Assembly (NCBI RefSeq): GCF_000014785.1
Contig: NC_008340.1
Coordinates: 3,120,001 to 3,152,000 of the forward strand
DNA from: Alkalilimnicola ehrlichii MLHE-1
Lineage (GTDB): Bacteria; Pseudomonadota; Gammaproteobacteria; Nitrococcales; Halorhodospiraceae
Direction of reading: 5' to 3'
Length of the DNA: 32,000 nucleotides
The notes under the pieces were generated by a model that worked only from the letters and a program-made list of their open reading frames with translations, made no database searches and was not told the origin of the DNA. Shown piece after piece: positions 1-9,654 of this stretch. The position numbers were made by a program, and so were the translations under genes. Every line of letters begins with the position of its first letter. The first letter of the stretch is position 1.

Positions 1-733
<733 letters not shown>

Positions 734-796
734 CCCCCGGCCACGGGGCAACGCTGCGGCGCCGGGGTGGATCGATGATGTCGCGCACCCCGGTGG

Positions 797-1585
797 TCAG
801 GGCCCTGCCTGTGTCGCGGCCGCCCGCACCAGGGCGCGGAAAAGGGCGCGCTGCTCGCGCCGCTGTGGGAGGTACTCCGGGTGCCACTGGACACCCAACA
901 ATAGGGCACCGCCGTCGCCCTCCACCGCCTGCACCACGCCGGTCCGCTCCCAGGCCGCCGCCTTCAGGCCCTCACCCAGTTCGGCGATGGCCTGACGGTG
1001 GAGGGAGTTTACCCGCGTATGGGGCCCCAGCCAGCGATAGAGCTGGGCGTCGCGCCGCACCGTCACCCGCTTATAGGGCCAAATGCTGTGTACCTGCGGG
1101 CTCTCCTGATAGAAGCTGCTCAGATCCTGGTGCAGGGAGCCGCCCATATAGACATTGAGCAACTGTGCACCGCGACAGATGCCCAGCACCGGCACATCGC
1201 GGGCCAGTGCGTCCGCCAGCAGGCGCCACTCCACCCCGTCGCGACCGCGATCCCCCCGCGGCCCCGGGCTGATGCTGAGCAGCCAGCGCAACAGATAAAG
1301 CACCGGCAGCAAGAGCCAGGAGAGCAGAAACCGCCACCACACCGTCCTGCCCCGGCGCAACTCCCCGGGCTCCACCCGCTCCTCGCCATAGAGGCCCGGA
1401 TCGACATCCGCACCACCGCCCAGGATCAAGCCGTCCAGGGGCCGCGGCGGCGCCGGGCGGGCCGGGGTGATCCGGCAGGGCCGGCCACCGGCCAGCCACA
1501 CCGCCACGGCGGTCATCAGCCAGGCCGCCGCCCCGCCGCGGTCCGGCCCGGTGACGCCAATCAGCGGTCGAGTCGGGCGAGGCAT
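797..1585 (-). CDS. Class I glutamine amidotransferase-like protein, peptidase C26 / gamma-glutamyl-GABA hydrolase-like (PuuD-like), with a hydrophobic insertion
   Basis: ORF 797..1639. Likely start is the internal ATG at 1585 (MPRPTRPLIGVTG). Contains LILGGGADVDPGLYG, nucleophile elbow VLGICRGAQLLNVYMGG, and VQWHPEYL. Confidence 0.9.
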   Translation of the reverse strand: MPRPTRPLIGVTGPDRGGAAAWLMTAVAVWLAGGRPCRITPARPAPPRPLDGLILGGGADVDPGLYGEERVEPGELRRGRTVWWRFLLSWLLLPVLYLLRWLLSISPGPRGDRGRDGVEWRLLADALARDVPVLGICRGAQLLNVYMGGSLHQDLSSFYQESPQVHSIWPYKRVTVRRDAQLYRWLGPHTRVNSLHRQAIAELGEGLKAAAWERTGVVQAVEGDGGALLLGVQWHPEYLPQRREQRALFRALVRAAATQAGP

Positions 1586-2631
1586 TGGTCCACGTGCTGT
1601 ATCCAGCGATGCTCGGTGAGGCTGAATCCGCGTGCCCACCAGTCGGCCATCAGTTGCCCCAACCGCTGCGGGTCATCCGCCAGCCGCTCCACCATCAGCC
1701 AGTCGCGCCACGGCCGGGCGATACGCCAGTCGGGGTCGTCCACCAGACAGTTGGGCAGGCGATAGTGCCAAGTGGGTCGTGCCTGGGTGAGTGGGTCGTC
1801 CGGCAGCGCCCGGCGCACCCGGCCGGGGTCCACGTGGGCCAGCAGCGGCATCAGGTCCAGGCTGCGGTTACGGGTGGTATTGAAGGCCAGAAACTCGTCG
1901 ATGAAGGCACCGAGCCCGGGGCAATACCCGGGCTGGAGCAGCCGCCGGACGTACTCGGCGGGAAAGTCCTGGATGAACGGGGTGAGCCGGCGCACCGCGT
2001 CCGTATCGTCACGCCACTTCAGCCAGGGCAGCAGGAGCAGGTAGGTCTGGAGGGTGGCCCGGATGGTGTCCACCTCCAGCTCGGGCAACTCCGGATTGAG
2101 GTGCAGGCCGAATGCATAGACCAGGCCGGCCCGCGTGCCCTGGGCAAGCCGGCGGCGCAGGGCCTCACGCAGCGATTCGATCTGGCCGGCCTCGCCCACC
2201 GGCAACGGGGGCGAGACGACCTCCACCGGCACCACCGTGCTCGCCAGACGCAGCACCTGCTCGTCCAGACTGTCCAGGGTGCGATCATCGAGATTAAAGC
2301 CCATCTGGCTGAGCAGGGCACGGTAGCTGCGCTCCTTGAGCACCCGGGCATCCACCTCCACTTTAAAGGTGCCCCAGGCCGTACCGGCGACCCGTTTGAC
2401 GAAACGGCTGTCCGATTGAACCTCACCGCCAAAGGCCTCCTGGATGGCGGCGGCGGCGCCCTCCGGGCTCAGGCCGGCAAACTCCAGCTCGAAACCGACC
2501 CGACGTGGCCGGCCGTCCGCCCGCAGCGGGCGGGCCGGTTGCGGGAAGCCGGGCGGTTCGGCGGCGGATGGCTGTGACTCGGACAATCGCACTCTCCAGT
2601 TGCGGCCCCTGCCCAGGCCGGACCGCGGCAA
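1561..2631 (-). CDS. Putative amidoligase (Amidoligase_2 family, COOH-NH2 ligase superfamily)
   Basis: Translation has VGFELEFAGL, GTFKVEVDARVL, VEVVSPPL and FGLHLNPEL motifs typical of the family. It overlaps the downstream amidotransferase by about 25 bp. The longest ORF begins at TTG, so the true start is uncertain. Confidence 0.82.
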   Translation of the reverse strand: MPRSGLGRGRNWRVRLSESQPSAAEPPGFPQPARPLRADGRPRRVGFELEFAGLSPEGAAAAIQEAFGGEVQSDSRFVKRVAGTAWGTFKVEVDARVLKERSYRALLSQMGFNLDDRTLDSLDEQVLRLASTVVPVEVVSPPLPVGEAGQIESLREALRRRLAQGTRAGLVYAFGLHLNPELPELEVDTIRATLQTYLLLLPWLKWRDDTDAVRRLTPFIQDFPAEYVRRLLQPGYCPGLGAFIDEFLAFNTTRNRSLDLMPLLAHVDPGRVRRALPDDPLTQARPTWHYRLPNCLVDDPDWRIARPWRDWLMVERLADDPQRLGQLMADWWARGFSLTEHRWIQHVDQCLARLDR

Positions 2632-2759
2632 ACAGGGTCTATACTACTCTCAGTGTTGCGGGGCTTGTCTAGGAGACGGGCGGGCATTATGATAGCCGCC
2701 TTTCAAGCTCAGCCATTCTCCGGGACGTCGTGCCCGGTCCCGTGACCCAGGTGGCAACC

Positions 2760-3014
2760 ATGAAGCAAGGCATTCATCCCAAATACCGCGAGGTGGTGTT
2801 TCAGGACATCTCCTCCGATTTCGCGTTCATCACCCGCTCCACGGTCCGTACCAACGAGACCATCCAGTGGGAGGACGGCAAGGAGTATCCGCTGTTTAAG
2901 GTGGAAGTCTCCAGCAAGAGCCACCCTTTCTACACCGGCAAGCAGCGCGCGCTGAGCTCCGGTGGCCGGGTGGATCAGTTCCAGAAGAAGTTCGGCATCA
3001 GCACCGGCAACTGA
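2760..3014 (+). CDS. rpmE2: 50S ribosomal protein L31, type B
   Basis: [63 protein letters not shown]; lacks the zinc-binding cysteines. ATG at 2760 is inside the longer ORF 2730..3014. Confidence 0.95.
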   Translation: MKQGIHPKYREVVFQDISSDFAFITRSTVRTNETIQWEDGKEYPLFKVEVSSKSHPFYTGKQRALSSGGRVDQFQKKFGISTGN

Positions 3015-3043
3015 GGGCGGGCTTGTCTCGTCCCTGTCGCTCC

Positions 3044-3071
3044 AAAGCGCCTGCACCCCGGGCGCTTTTTT
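3044..3071 (+). terminator. Rho-independent terminator of rpmE2
   Basis: Perfect 8-bp stem AAAGCGCC (3044-3051) / GGCGCTTT (3061-3068) running into a T tract, 30 nt after the rpmE2 stop. Confidence 0.8.
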
Positions 3072-3079
3072 GTATCTCA

Positions 3080-3108
3080 CTGCAAAACAGCGAGATATCT
3101 ATTATAAA
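3080..3108 (+). promoter_or_regulatory. Candidate sigma70 promoter for gltA
   Basis: CTGCAA (3080-3085), N17, TATAAA (3103-3108). The -10 is good and the -35 is weak. Confidence 0.35.
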
Positions 3109-3386
3109 AAGCGGTTAACCACCGCATAGATATCCCGGGGGCCCTCCCCCGGGTCGCCCGACGCCACGCACCATGGAGGCGGGCGAGGGGCCCATCCACG
3201 TCGGGGTATGGGCCCCAGAGGAACGGATTGCTGATGACAAGGGTTTTTTTTGCAATACCCTTTCAGTAACTCCCGGACCGTGACCGGCCTGAATGTCTTG
3301 CCCCAAGACCGGCTTAGGGGGCAGGACCGGCGCCCGCGGGCGCGCCGGCATCACGGTATTTCGAGAGCTGTCTAGGAGAGCGTTCC

Positions 3387-4685
3387 ATGTCCGAGAAGAC
3401 CGTCACCCTGACCGACAACAGCACCGGCAAATCCGTGGAGTTGCCGGTCTATCAAGGCACCCACGGCCCCGAGGTCATCGACATCAAGAATGTCTATGGC
3501 GAGCTGGGCTACTTCACTTACGACGCTGGCTTCACCTCCACCGCCAGCTGCAAAAGCGATGTCACCTTCATCGATGGTGACAACGGCGTGCTGCTGTATC
3601 GCGGCTACCCCATCGAACACCTGGCTGAGAAGAGCTCCTTCCTGGAGGTCTCCTACCTACTGCTGCACGGCGAATTGCCGAACAAGGCCGAACTGGACCA
3701 GTTCGTCAGCTCGGTGACCAACCACACCATGCTCAACGAAAGCCTGAAGGACTTCTTCGACGGCTTTCATTACAACGCCCACCCCATGGCCATGCTCACC
3801 GGGGTGGTCGGGTCGCTATCCGCCTTCTACCACGGCGAACTGGACATCAACGACCCGAAGAACCGGGAGCTGACCGCGCACCGGGTCATCGCCAAGATGC
3901 CGACCATCGCCGCGGCGGCCTACAAACACCTGGTGGGCGAGCCCTTCGTCTACCCGCAGAACCACCTGTCCTACGCGGGGAACCTGCTGAACATGCTGTT
4001 CTCCCGCCCCACCGAGAAGTACGAGGTTAACCCCGTGGCCGAGCGGGCGCTGGACCAGCTCCTGATCCTGCACGCTGACCACGAGCAGAACGCCTCCACC
4101 TCCACGGTGCGCCTGGCCGGTTCCACCGGCACCAACCCCTTCGCCGCCATCGCAGCTGGTTGCGCCGCGCTGTGGGGACCGGCGCATGGGGGGGCCAACG
4201 AGGCGGTGCTGAACATGCTCAACGAGATCGGCGACGTCTCCAACGTGCCCAAGTTCATCGAAAAGGCGAAGGACAAGAACGACCCCTTCCGCCTGATGGG
4301 CTTCGGTCACCGGGTCTACAAGAACTTCGACCCGCGGGCCACCATCATCCGCAAGACCTGTCACGAGGTCCTGGAGGAACTCGGCGTGGGCAAGGACCCG
4401 CAGCTGGAGCTGGCCATGGAGCTGGAGGATATCGCCCTGCAGGACGAGTACTTCGTCGAGCGCAAGCTCTACCCGAACGTCGACTTCTACTCGGGCATCA
4501 TCTACCGCGCGCTGGGCATCCCCACCGAGTTCTTCACGGTGCTGTTTGCCCTGGGCCGCACCCCGGGCTGGCTGGCGCAGTGGATGGAGATGGTCAACGA
4601 CCCCGAGCAGCGCATCGGGCGTCCGCGCCAGCTCTACACCGGCGCCGCCAAGCGCGACTACGTGCCGGTGGATCAGCGCAGCTGA
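3387..4685 (+). CDS. gltA: Citrate synthase
   Basis: 432 aa; [108 protein letters not shown]. Confidence 0.98.
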   Translation: MSEKTVTLTDNSTGKSVELPVYQGTHGPEVIDIKNVYGELGYFTYDAGFTSTASCKSDVTFIDGDNGVLLYRGYPIEHLAEKSSFLEVSYLLLHGELPNKAELDQFVSSVTNHTMLNESLKDFFDGFHYNAHPMAMLTGVVGSLSAFYHGELDINDPKNRELTAHRVIAKMPTIAAAAYKHLVGEPFVYPQNHLSYAGNLLNMLFSRPTEKYEVNPVAERALDQLLILHADHEQNASTSTVRLAGSTGTNPFAAIAAGCAALWGPAHGGANEAVLNMLNEIGDVSNVPKFIEKAKDKNDPFRLMGFGHRVYKNFDPRATIIRKTCHEVLEELGVGKDPQLELAMELEDIALQDEYFVERKLYPNVDFYSGIIYRALGIPTEFFTVLFALGRTPGWLAQWMEMVNDPEQRIGRPRQLYTGAAKRDYVPVDQRS

Positions 4686-4716
4686 TTCCCCTGCCGGCAC
4701 CGCCGACGCCCTCACC

Positions 4717-4750
4717 CCGGAAGGCCCCCACGGGCCTTCCGGTTTTTTTT
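4717..4750 (+). terminator. Rho-independent terminator of gltA
   Basis: Perfect 11-bp stem CCGGAAGGCCC/GGGCCTTCCGG with a 4-nt loop, followed by T8 (4743-4750). Confidence 0.92.
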
Positions 4751-4756
4751 GCCCGC

Positions 4757-5407
4757 TCAGGGTAGGAAGGGCTCGGCAGCCCGGTCCTCATCCTCGTTGG
4801 CCAGCAGCGCCTCCACCTCCGCCAGCGCCGCCCGCTGCATGGGGCGGCCGTCAACCTGGCTGCGGGGCGCCTCACGCAATCCCTTGGGGCTGAATACGGT
4901 CAAATCCACCACATGCTCTCCCGCCACGAAGCGGATCACGGGACGCATCTCCCAGTGCTCCCGCCCGAAGCGCAGGCGCCGCTCGCTGGTCTCGTGTGGG
5001 ATCCCGCGCTCCATCAGAAACAGGGTGATCTCCTCCGGCGTCTCGGCGAAGACATGCAGGTGCACGTCGCAGGCCTGATCCGCCGTACCGCTGAGCACCG
5101 GCCCCACCAACCGGGGCCGGAAGGGCTCGAAGAAGGCCATGGCCTGCACGGCGGCCTCGCGCAACAGCCGCAGGTAAGCCCCCTGCTCGGCCCCCAGAAA
5201 CAGCCGCTGGTATTCCACCAGCGCCGCCTGCACCTCCCGATTGCTGGGCAGGTTGCGCGTGTCCCGGGCCCCCAGGCGCTCGGCGGCCTTGCGCTTGGCC
5301 TGGTAGTGGTCCCGCACACCCTCATCGGCCATGATGCGGGCCGCCTCCTGGATCAGGCGCTCGCGCATGCGCAGGTCCTTGGTGCTGGATCGCTTGGCCA
5401 TGGCCAC
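4757..5407 (-). CDS. Conserved hypothetical protein (nucleotidyltransferase-like by recollection; function unknown)
   Basis: 216-aa ORF with a coherent globular sequence (RMRERLIQEAARIMADEGVRDHYQAKRKAAERLG...; PVIRFVAGEHVVDLTVFSPKGLREAPRSQVDGRPMQRAALAEVEALL). It is the plausible strand and fills the gltA-mrcA gap. Confidence 0.8.
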   Translation of the reverse strand: MAMAKRSSTKDLRMRERLIQEAARIMADEGVRDHYQAKRKAAERLGARDTRNLPSNREVQAALVEYQRLFLGAEQGAYLRLLREAAVQAMAFFEPFRPRLVGPVLSGTADQACDVHLHVFAETPEEITLFLMERGIPHETSERRLRFGREHWEMRPVIRFVAGEHVVDLTVFSPKGLREAPRSQVDGRPMQRAALAEVEALLANEDEDRAAEPFLP

Positions 5408-5430
5408 CTCCCGGGGGCTGACGCCCCTGC

Positions 5431-7833
5431 CTAGAAGATATCCTGCTCCCGACTCCCGGCCCCGCTGCCGCCACCCCGAGGCGTAACGTCCGGCAGGTTG
5501 TCCTCGCGGAACAGCTCGAACATGCTCCGACCCTCGCCGGCACGCACCCGGCGGCCGTCCTCGGGGTCGATGCGTACGGTAACCAGGCCCTCGGGCTGGC
5601 GCGGCGGCGCCTCGGGAACACCGTTGAGGGCCTGCTCCATAAAGTCGGTCCAGATGGGCAGCGCGGTGGAACCGCCGGTCTCCCGCGGTCCCAGCTGATC
5701 GTTATTATCGAAGCCGACCCAGGCACCGGCGACAATCCGGCTGTTATAGCCCACGAACCAGGCATCGCGGCCATCGTTGGTGGTTCCCGTCTTCCCGGCC
5801 AGGTCACTGCGCCCCAGCCGGGCCGCCGCCCGTCCCGTTCCGCGCTGGATGACATCCTGCATGATGTTGGTCATGAGAAAGGCGTCCGTGGCCGGCATCA
5901 CCGACTCGGCCACCGGCCGCAGGTTCACCCCACCGGTCTCCTCCTGCAGGTCGGTCTGCACCTGCAACTGACTGCACTCCACACAGGCCACCGGCGGCCG
6001 CGCCTGAAACAACACCTCGCCTTCGGCGCTCTCCACCCGATCGATGAAATGGGGCATGACCCGGAAGCCACCATTGGCAAACAGGGCGTAACCGGCGGTC
6101 AGATCCAGGGGCGTCATCTCGGCACTGCCCAACGCCAGCGACAGACCACTGGGCATCCGACGGGTGTCGAAGCCCAACGCGTCCAGGTACCCCAGGGTGT
6201 CCTCGATGCCCAGATTGCGCAGCAGCCGAATGGAGGCCAGATTGCGCGAGTGCACCAGGGCCTCGCGCAGGCGCGTCGGACCGTAGACACGCCCGCTGTA
6301 ATTACTCGGCCGCCAACTGGTCTCCAAGGATTCGTCGTGCATGACGATCGGGGTGTCGCTCAACATGCTAGCCGGCGAATACCCCTTGGCCAGCGCTGCG
6401 GAGTAGATGAAGGGCTTGAAGGCCGAGCCTGGCTGGCGCCGGGATTGCACCGCCCGGTTGAAGGAGCTGCGGAAGTAGTCAAACCCGCCAGAGAGCGCCA
6501 GCAGGGCGCCATTCTCCGGGTCCATGGCCACCAGCGCCCCCTCCACCGCCGGCACCGCGGCCAGTTGCGGCACCTCGGCGGCTCGATCGACGCGGATGAT
6601 ATCGCCCACGGAGAGCACGTCGGAGACCTTCTCCGGCGCCGGCCCGCGAGCGGTGCGCCGGAGGTAGGGGCGGGCCCACGCCATCGCCTCGAACGGCAGT
6701 TCCATCTCACCGTGGCGACGCACCCAGACCCGGGCGCGTTGGGCGTCATCGTCCACGGCCAGCACCAGGGCCGCCTCGAGCCCCCCGAAACGGGGGTAAT
6801 CCGCCAGCAGCGCCTCCCAGTCCTCGGACGCCTCATCCCCGGTCAAGGCCACCTGGGCCTCGGGGCCGCGATAGCCGCGCCGGTGGTCGTAGGCCCGCAG
6901 GCCATCGCGCAGGGCCTGATCCGCCGCCCGCTGCATGCGGCCATCGATGGTGGTCCGCACCACGTAGCCACCGCTGTAGGCCTCGTCCTCGCCATACTGG
7001 GCCACCATGGTCTGGCGCACCATCTCGGCCACGTAGGGCGCCGAGACCTCGACCGACGAGGCGTGGACCTGCGCCGTGAGTGGCGCATCCACCGCCTCGG
7101 CATGCTGCTCGGCGGTGATGTAGCCCTCGGCCAGCATGCGGCCGAGCACGTACGCCCGACGGATCTCGGCCCGGCGGGGGTTGGCGATCGGGTTGTACGC
7201 CGACGGCGCCTTGGGGAGCCCCGCGATCATGGCGATCTGGGCCAGGTCCAGGTCGTCCACCCCCTTGCCGTAGTAGATCTGGGCGGCTGCGCCCACCCCG
7301 TAGGCACGCTGGCCCAGGTAAATCTTGTTGAGGTACAGCTCCAGGATCTCCTGTTTACTGAGCGCACGCTCGATCTGCAGCGCCAGCAGGATCTCCTGCG
7401 CCTTGCGGTGGAAGGTCTGGTCCCGGGTAAGGAAAAAGTTCCGCGCCAATTGCATGGTAATGGTGCTGCCACCCGGCCCCTTTTCCCCGGTGAGCAGGAG
7501 GTGGCGAACGGCGCGGGCGATCCCCTGGTAGTCGACCCCGGGGTGGTCGAAGAAACGGTCATCCTCCGCGGCCAGGAAGGCCTGCACCAGCTGCGGTGGC
7601 AAGGCGTCCGCCTCCAGCGGGATCCGGCGCTGCTCACCATACTCGGCGATCAGCGCGCCCTCCCGGGTCACCACCCGCAACGGCACCTGCAGACGCACGT
7701 CGCGCAGGGTATCCACCGAGGGCAGGCCCGGAGAGAGGATGGCAAAGGCCACCGCCGCCGCGATCAGACCCACCAGACCGAGGGACAGCAGGCTGGCGAA
7801 CAGCCAGAGGAGGAGTCGAGAGAATAGCCGCAT
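5431..7833 (-). CDS. mrcA: Penicillin-binding protein 1A (bifunctional transglycosylase/transpeptidase)
   Basis: 800 aa; N-terminal TM; transglycosylase motifs AEDDRFFDHPGVDYQGIARA, GGSTITMQLARNFFLTRDQTFHRK, QILELYLNKIYLGQRAYGV; transpeptidase SAFKPFIYSAAL, SRN-equivalent SRNLAS and KTGTTN. Confidence 0.97.
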   Translation of the reverse strand: MRLFSRLLLWLFASLLSLGLVGLIAAAVAFAILSPGLPSVDTLRDVRLQVPLRVVTREGALIAEYGEQRRIPLEADALPPQLVQAFLAAEDDRFFDHPGVDYQGIARAVRHLLLTGEKGPGGSTITMQLARNFFLTRDQTFHRKAQEILLALQIERALSKQEILELYLNKIYLGQRAYGVGAAAQIYYGKGVDDLDLAQIAMIAGLPKAPSAYNPIANPRRAEIRRAYVLGRMLAEGYITAEQHAEAVDAPLTAQVHASSVEVSAPYVAEMVRQTMVAQYGEDEAYSGGYVVRTTIDGRMQRAADQALRDGLRAYDHRRGYRGPEAQVALTGDEASEDWEALLADYPRFGGLEAALVLAVDDDAQRARVWVRRHGEMELPFEAMAWARPYLRRTARGPAPEKVSDVLSVGDIIRVDRAAEVPQLAAVPAVEGALVAMDPENGALLALSGGFDYFRSSFNRAVQSRRQPGSAFKPFIYSAALAKGYSPASMLSDTPIVMHDESLETSWRPSNYSGRVYGPTRLREALVHSRNLASIRLLRNLGIEDTLGYLDALGFDTRRMPSGLSLALGSAEMTPLDLTAGYALFANGGFRVMPHFIDRVESAEGEVLFQARPPVACVECSQLQVQTDLQEETGGVNLRPVAESVMPATDAFLMTNIMQDVIQRGTGRAAARLGRSDLAGKTGTTNDGRDAWFVGYNSRIVAGAWVGFDNNDQLGPRETGGSTALPIWTDFMEQALNGVPEAPPRQPEGLVTVRIDPEDGRRVRAGEGRSMFELFREDNLPDVTPRGGGSGAGSREQDIF

Positions 7834-7876
7834 ATGAAATCGTAAGAGCGCGCTTGGAGTGGGGCACCAGAACTAG

Positions 7877-7885
7877 AGTATATCA
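7877..7885 (-). promoter_or_regulatory. Candidate extended -10 promoter for mrcA
   Basis: Minus strand reads TGATATACT (TG-N-TATACT) about 45 nt upstream of the mrcA start. Confidence 0.35.
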
Positions 7886-8015
7886 GGACAGCGTCCAGTC
7901 CCCCGGGTTCCGTATAAAGTGGCAAAGAGTTCCTTGCAATCCTCGATAGTTACAGGGAGTATTAACACTAGGACTGGAACCTTTGTACTCTTGGGGCGAC
8001 GATAGGGACGGGGCT

Positions 8016-9083
8016 GTGCAGATCTTCAGGAAGAAACGGCCGCCGCTGCTGGGGATCGACATCAGCACCACGGCTGTGAAACTGCTCGAATTCCACGAGC
8101 AGCGGGGCGGGGGCCTGCAGGTGGAGAGCTACGCGGTGGAGCCGTTACCGGCCAATGCCGTGATCGAGAAGAACATCGTCGAGGTGGATGCCGTCTCCGA
8201 CAGCATCAAGGCCGCCTACGAGAAATCCGGCAGCCGCGCCAGGGGTGTCGCCCTGGCGGTGCCCGCCTCGGCCGCCATCAGCAAGGTCATCAACTTGGCC
8301 GCCGATCTCAACGAAGAGGAGATGGAGGCGCAGATCCGCGCCCAGGCGGATCAATACGTCCCCTACCCACTGGACGAGGTCAACCTCGACTTTCAGCGCC
8401 TGGGGCCGGCCCCGGGGCGGCCGGACGAGGTGCAGGTCCTGCTGGTGGCCTGCCGCAGCGATAACATCGAGGCGCGGGTGGACACCCTGGACGCAGCCGG
8501 GCTCACGGCCGAGGTGGTCGACGTGGAGAGTTACGCCGTCGAGAACGCCTTCCGGCTGATGTCGCGCGCCCTGCCGGACAACGCCGAAGGCAAGACGGTG
8601 GCGGTGGTGGATATCGGCGCGACCATGACCGCACTGACTGTGATCTCCAACGAACGAATCGTCTACACCCGCGAACAGCTCTTCGGCGGGCGCCAGCTCA
8701 CCGAGGAGATCATGCGCCGCTACGACATGACCTTCGAGCAGGCCGGAAAGGCCAAACGACTGGGCGGGCTGCCGGACAGCTACGAGACGGAGGTGCTGGA
8801 GCCCTTCAAGGAGGCCATGGCGCAGCAGGTCTCCCGAGCGCTGCAGTTCTTCTTCGGCTCGGGACAGACCAGCACGGTGGACTACGTGCTCTTCGCCGGC
8901 GGCTGCGCCACCATCCCCGGGGCCGCGCAGGTGGTGGCCGAGCACACCGGCACCCCCACCGTGATCGCCAACCCCTTCACCGGTATGACGGTCAACCGCC
9001 GCATCAATCCAAGGGTGCTGGCCGCCGATGCACCGGCGCTGATGATCGCCAGCGGGCTGGCCATGAGGAGCTTCGACCGATGA
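8016..9083 (+). CDS. pilM: Type IV pilus assembly protein PilM (actin-like ATPase)
   Basis: LLGIDISTTAVKLLEF, VVDIGATMTALTVISNERIVYTREQLFGGRQLTEEI, VLFAGGCATIPG. Likely GTG start at 8016 within ORF 7983..9083; first gene of the pilMNOPQ order. Confidence 0.96.
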   Translation: MQIFRKKRPPLLGIDISTTAVKLLEFHEQRGGGLQVESYAVEPLPANAVIEKNIVEVDAVSDSIKAAYEKSGSRARGVALAVPASAAISKVINLAADLNEEEMEAQIRAQADQYVPYPLDEVNLDFQRLGPAPGRPDEVQVLLVACRSDNIEARVDTLDAAGLTAEVVDVESYAVENAFRLMSRALPDNAEGKTVAVVDIGATMTALTVISNERIVYTREQLFGGRQLTEEIMRRYDMTFEQAGKAKRLGGLPDSYETEVLEPFKEAMAQQVSRALQFFFGSGQTSTVDYVLFAGGCATIPGAAQVVAEHTGTPTVIANPFTGMTVNRRINPRVLAADAPALMIASGLAMRSFDR

Positions 9084-9634
9084 CGCGCATCAACCTCCTC
9101 CCCTGGCGGGAAGCCGAACGCGAACGCCGCAAAAAGGCCTTCTTCGCCCAACTCGGTGCCGCGGTGCTGGCCGCCGGTCTGGTCTGGTACGGCGCCACTT
9201 GGTACATGGACTCGCTGATCGACCGCCAGCAGGCCCGCAACGATCGCATCCAGCAGGCCCTGCGGGATCTGGACAGCCAAATCGCCGAGATCGAGGACCT
9301 GGAGCGCGAACTGGAGCGGCTGATCAGCCGCGCCGAGGTAATCCAGGACCTTCAGGACGGGCGGACCGCCGTGGTGCAACTGCTGGAGGAGATGGTCAAC
9401 ATCCTCCACGACGGCATTTACTTCACCAGTATCCGGCAGCGCAACAGCCAGATCTCCATCCAGGGTCGCTCGCGCTCGCCCCAGGAGGTCTCGGTGTTCC
9501 TGCAGAACATCGACAACTCCACCCTGCTGGGGGACCCCGACCTCGACTCCTTCGAGGCCGGCGGCGCTGATGGCGAAGGTCAGCCGCGCTACTACAACTT
9601 TGCCGCCCGCACCACCCAGCAGAGTAACCGCTGA
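9080..9634 (+). CDS. pilN: Type IV pilus inner-membrane protein PilN
   Basis: MTRINLLPWREAERERRKKAFFAQL start, one TM segment and coiled coil; ATGA overlap with pilM. Confidence 0.95.
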   Translation: MTRINLLPWREAERERRKKAFFAQLGAAVLAAGLVWYGATWYMDSLIDRQQARNDRIQQALRDLDSQIAEIEDLERELERLISRAEVIQDLQDGRTAVVQLLEEMVNILHDGIYFTSIRQRNSQISIQGRSRSPQEVSVFLQNIDNSTLLGDPDLDSFEAGGADGEGQPRYYNFAARTTQQSNR

Positions 9635-9654
9635 GCGCTCAGGGAGGACGTCCA

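Noticed and set aside
2632-2759. Zur-type operator upstream of the type B L31 gene
   Set aside because: Zinc-independent L31 genes are often Zur-regulated, but I saw no AT-rich Zur-like palindrome in this gap. The gene is probably the main L31 copy.
6049-7827. 592-aa ORF antisense to mrcA, tempting as a divergent gene before pilM
   Set aside because: His/Gln/Gly-rich mirror translation of mrcA; the transglycosylase and transpeptidase motifs lie on the minus strand.
7921-7940. TGGCAAAGAGTTCCTTGCA before pilM as a sigma54 promoter
   Set aside because: The -24/-12 spacing is wrong (8 nt instead of 5 between TGGCAA and TTGC), so it does not fit the sigma54 consensus.
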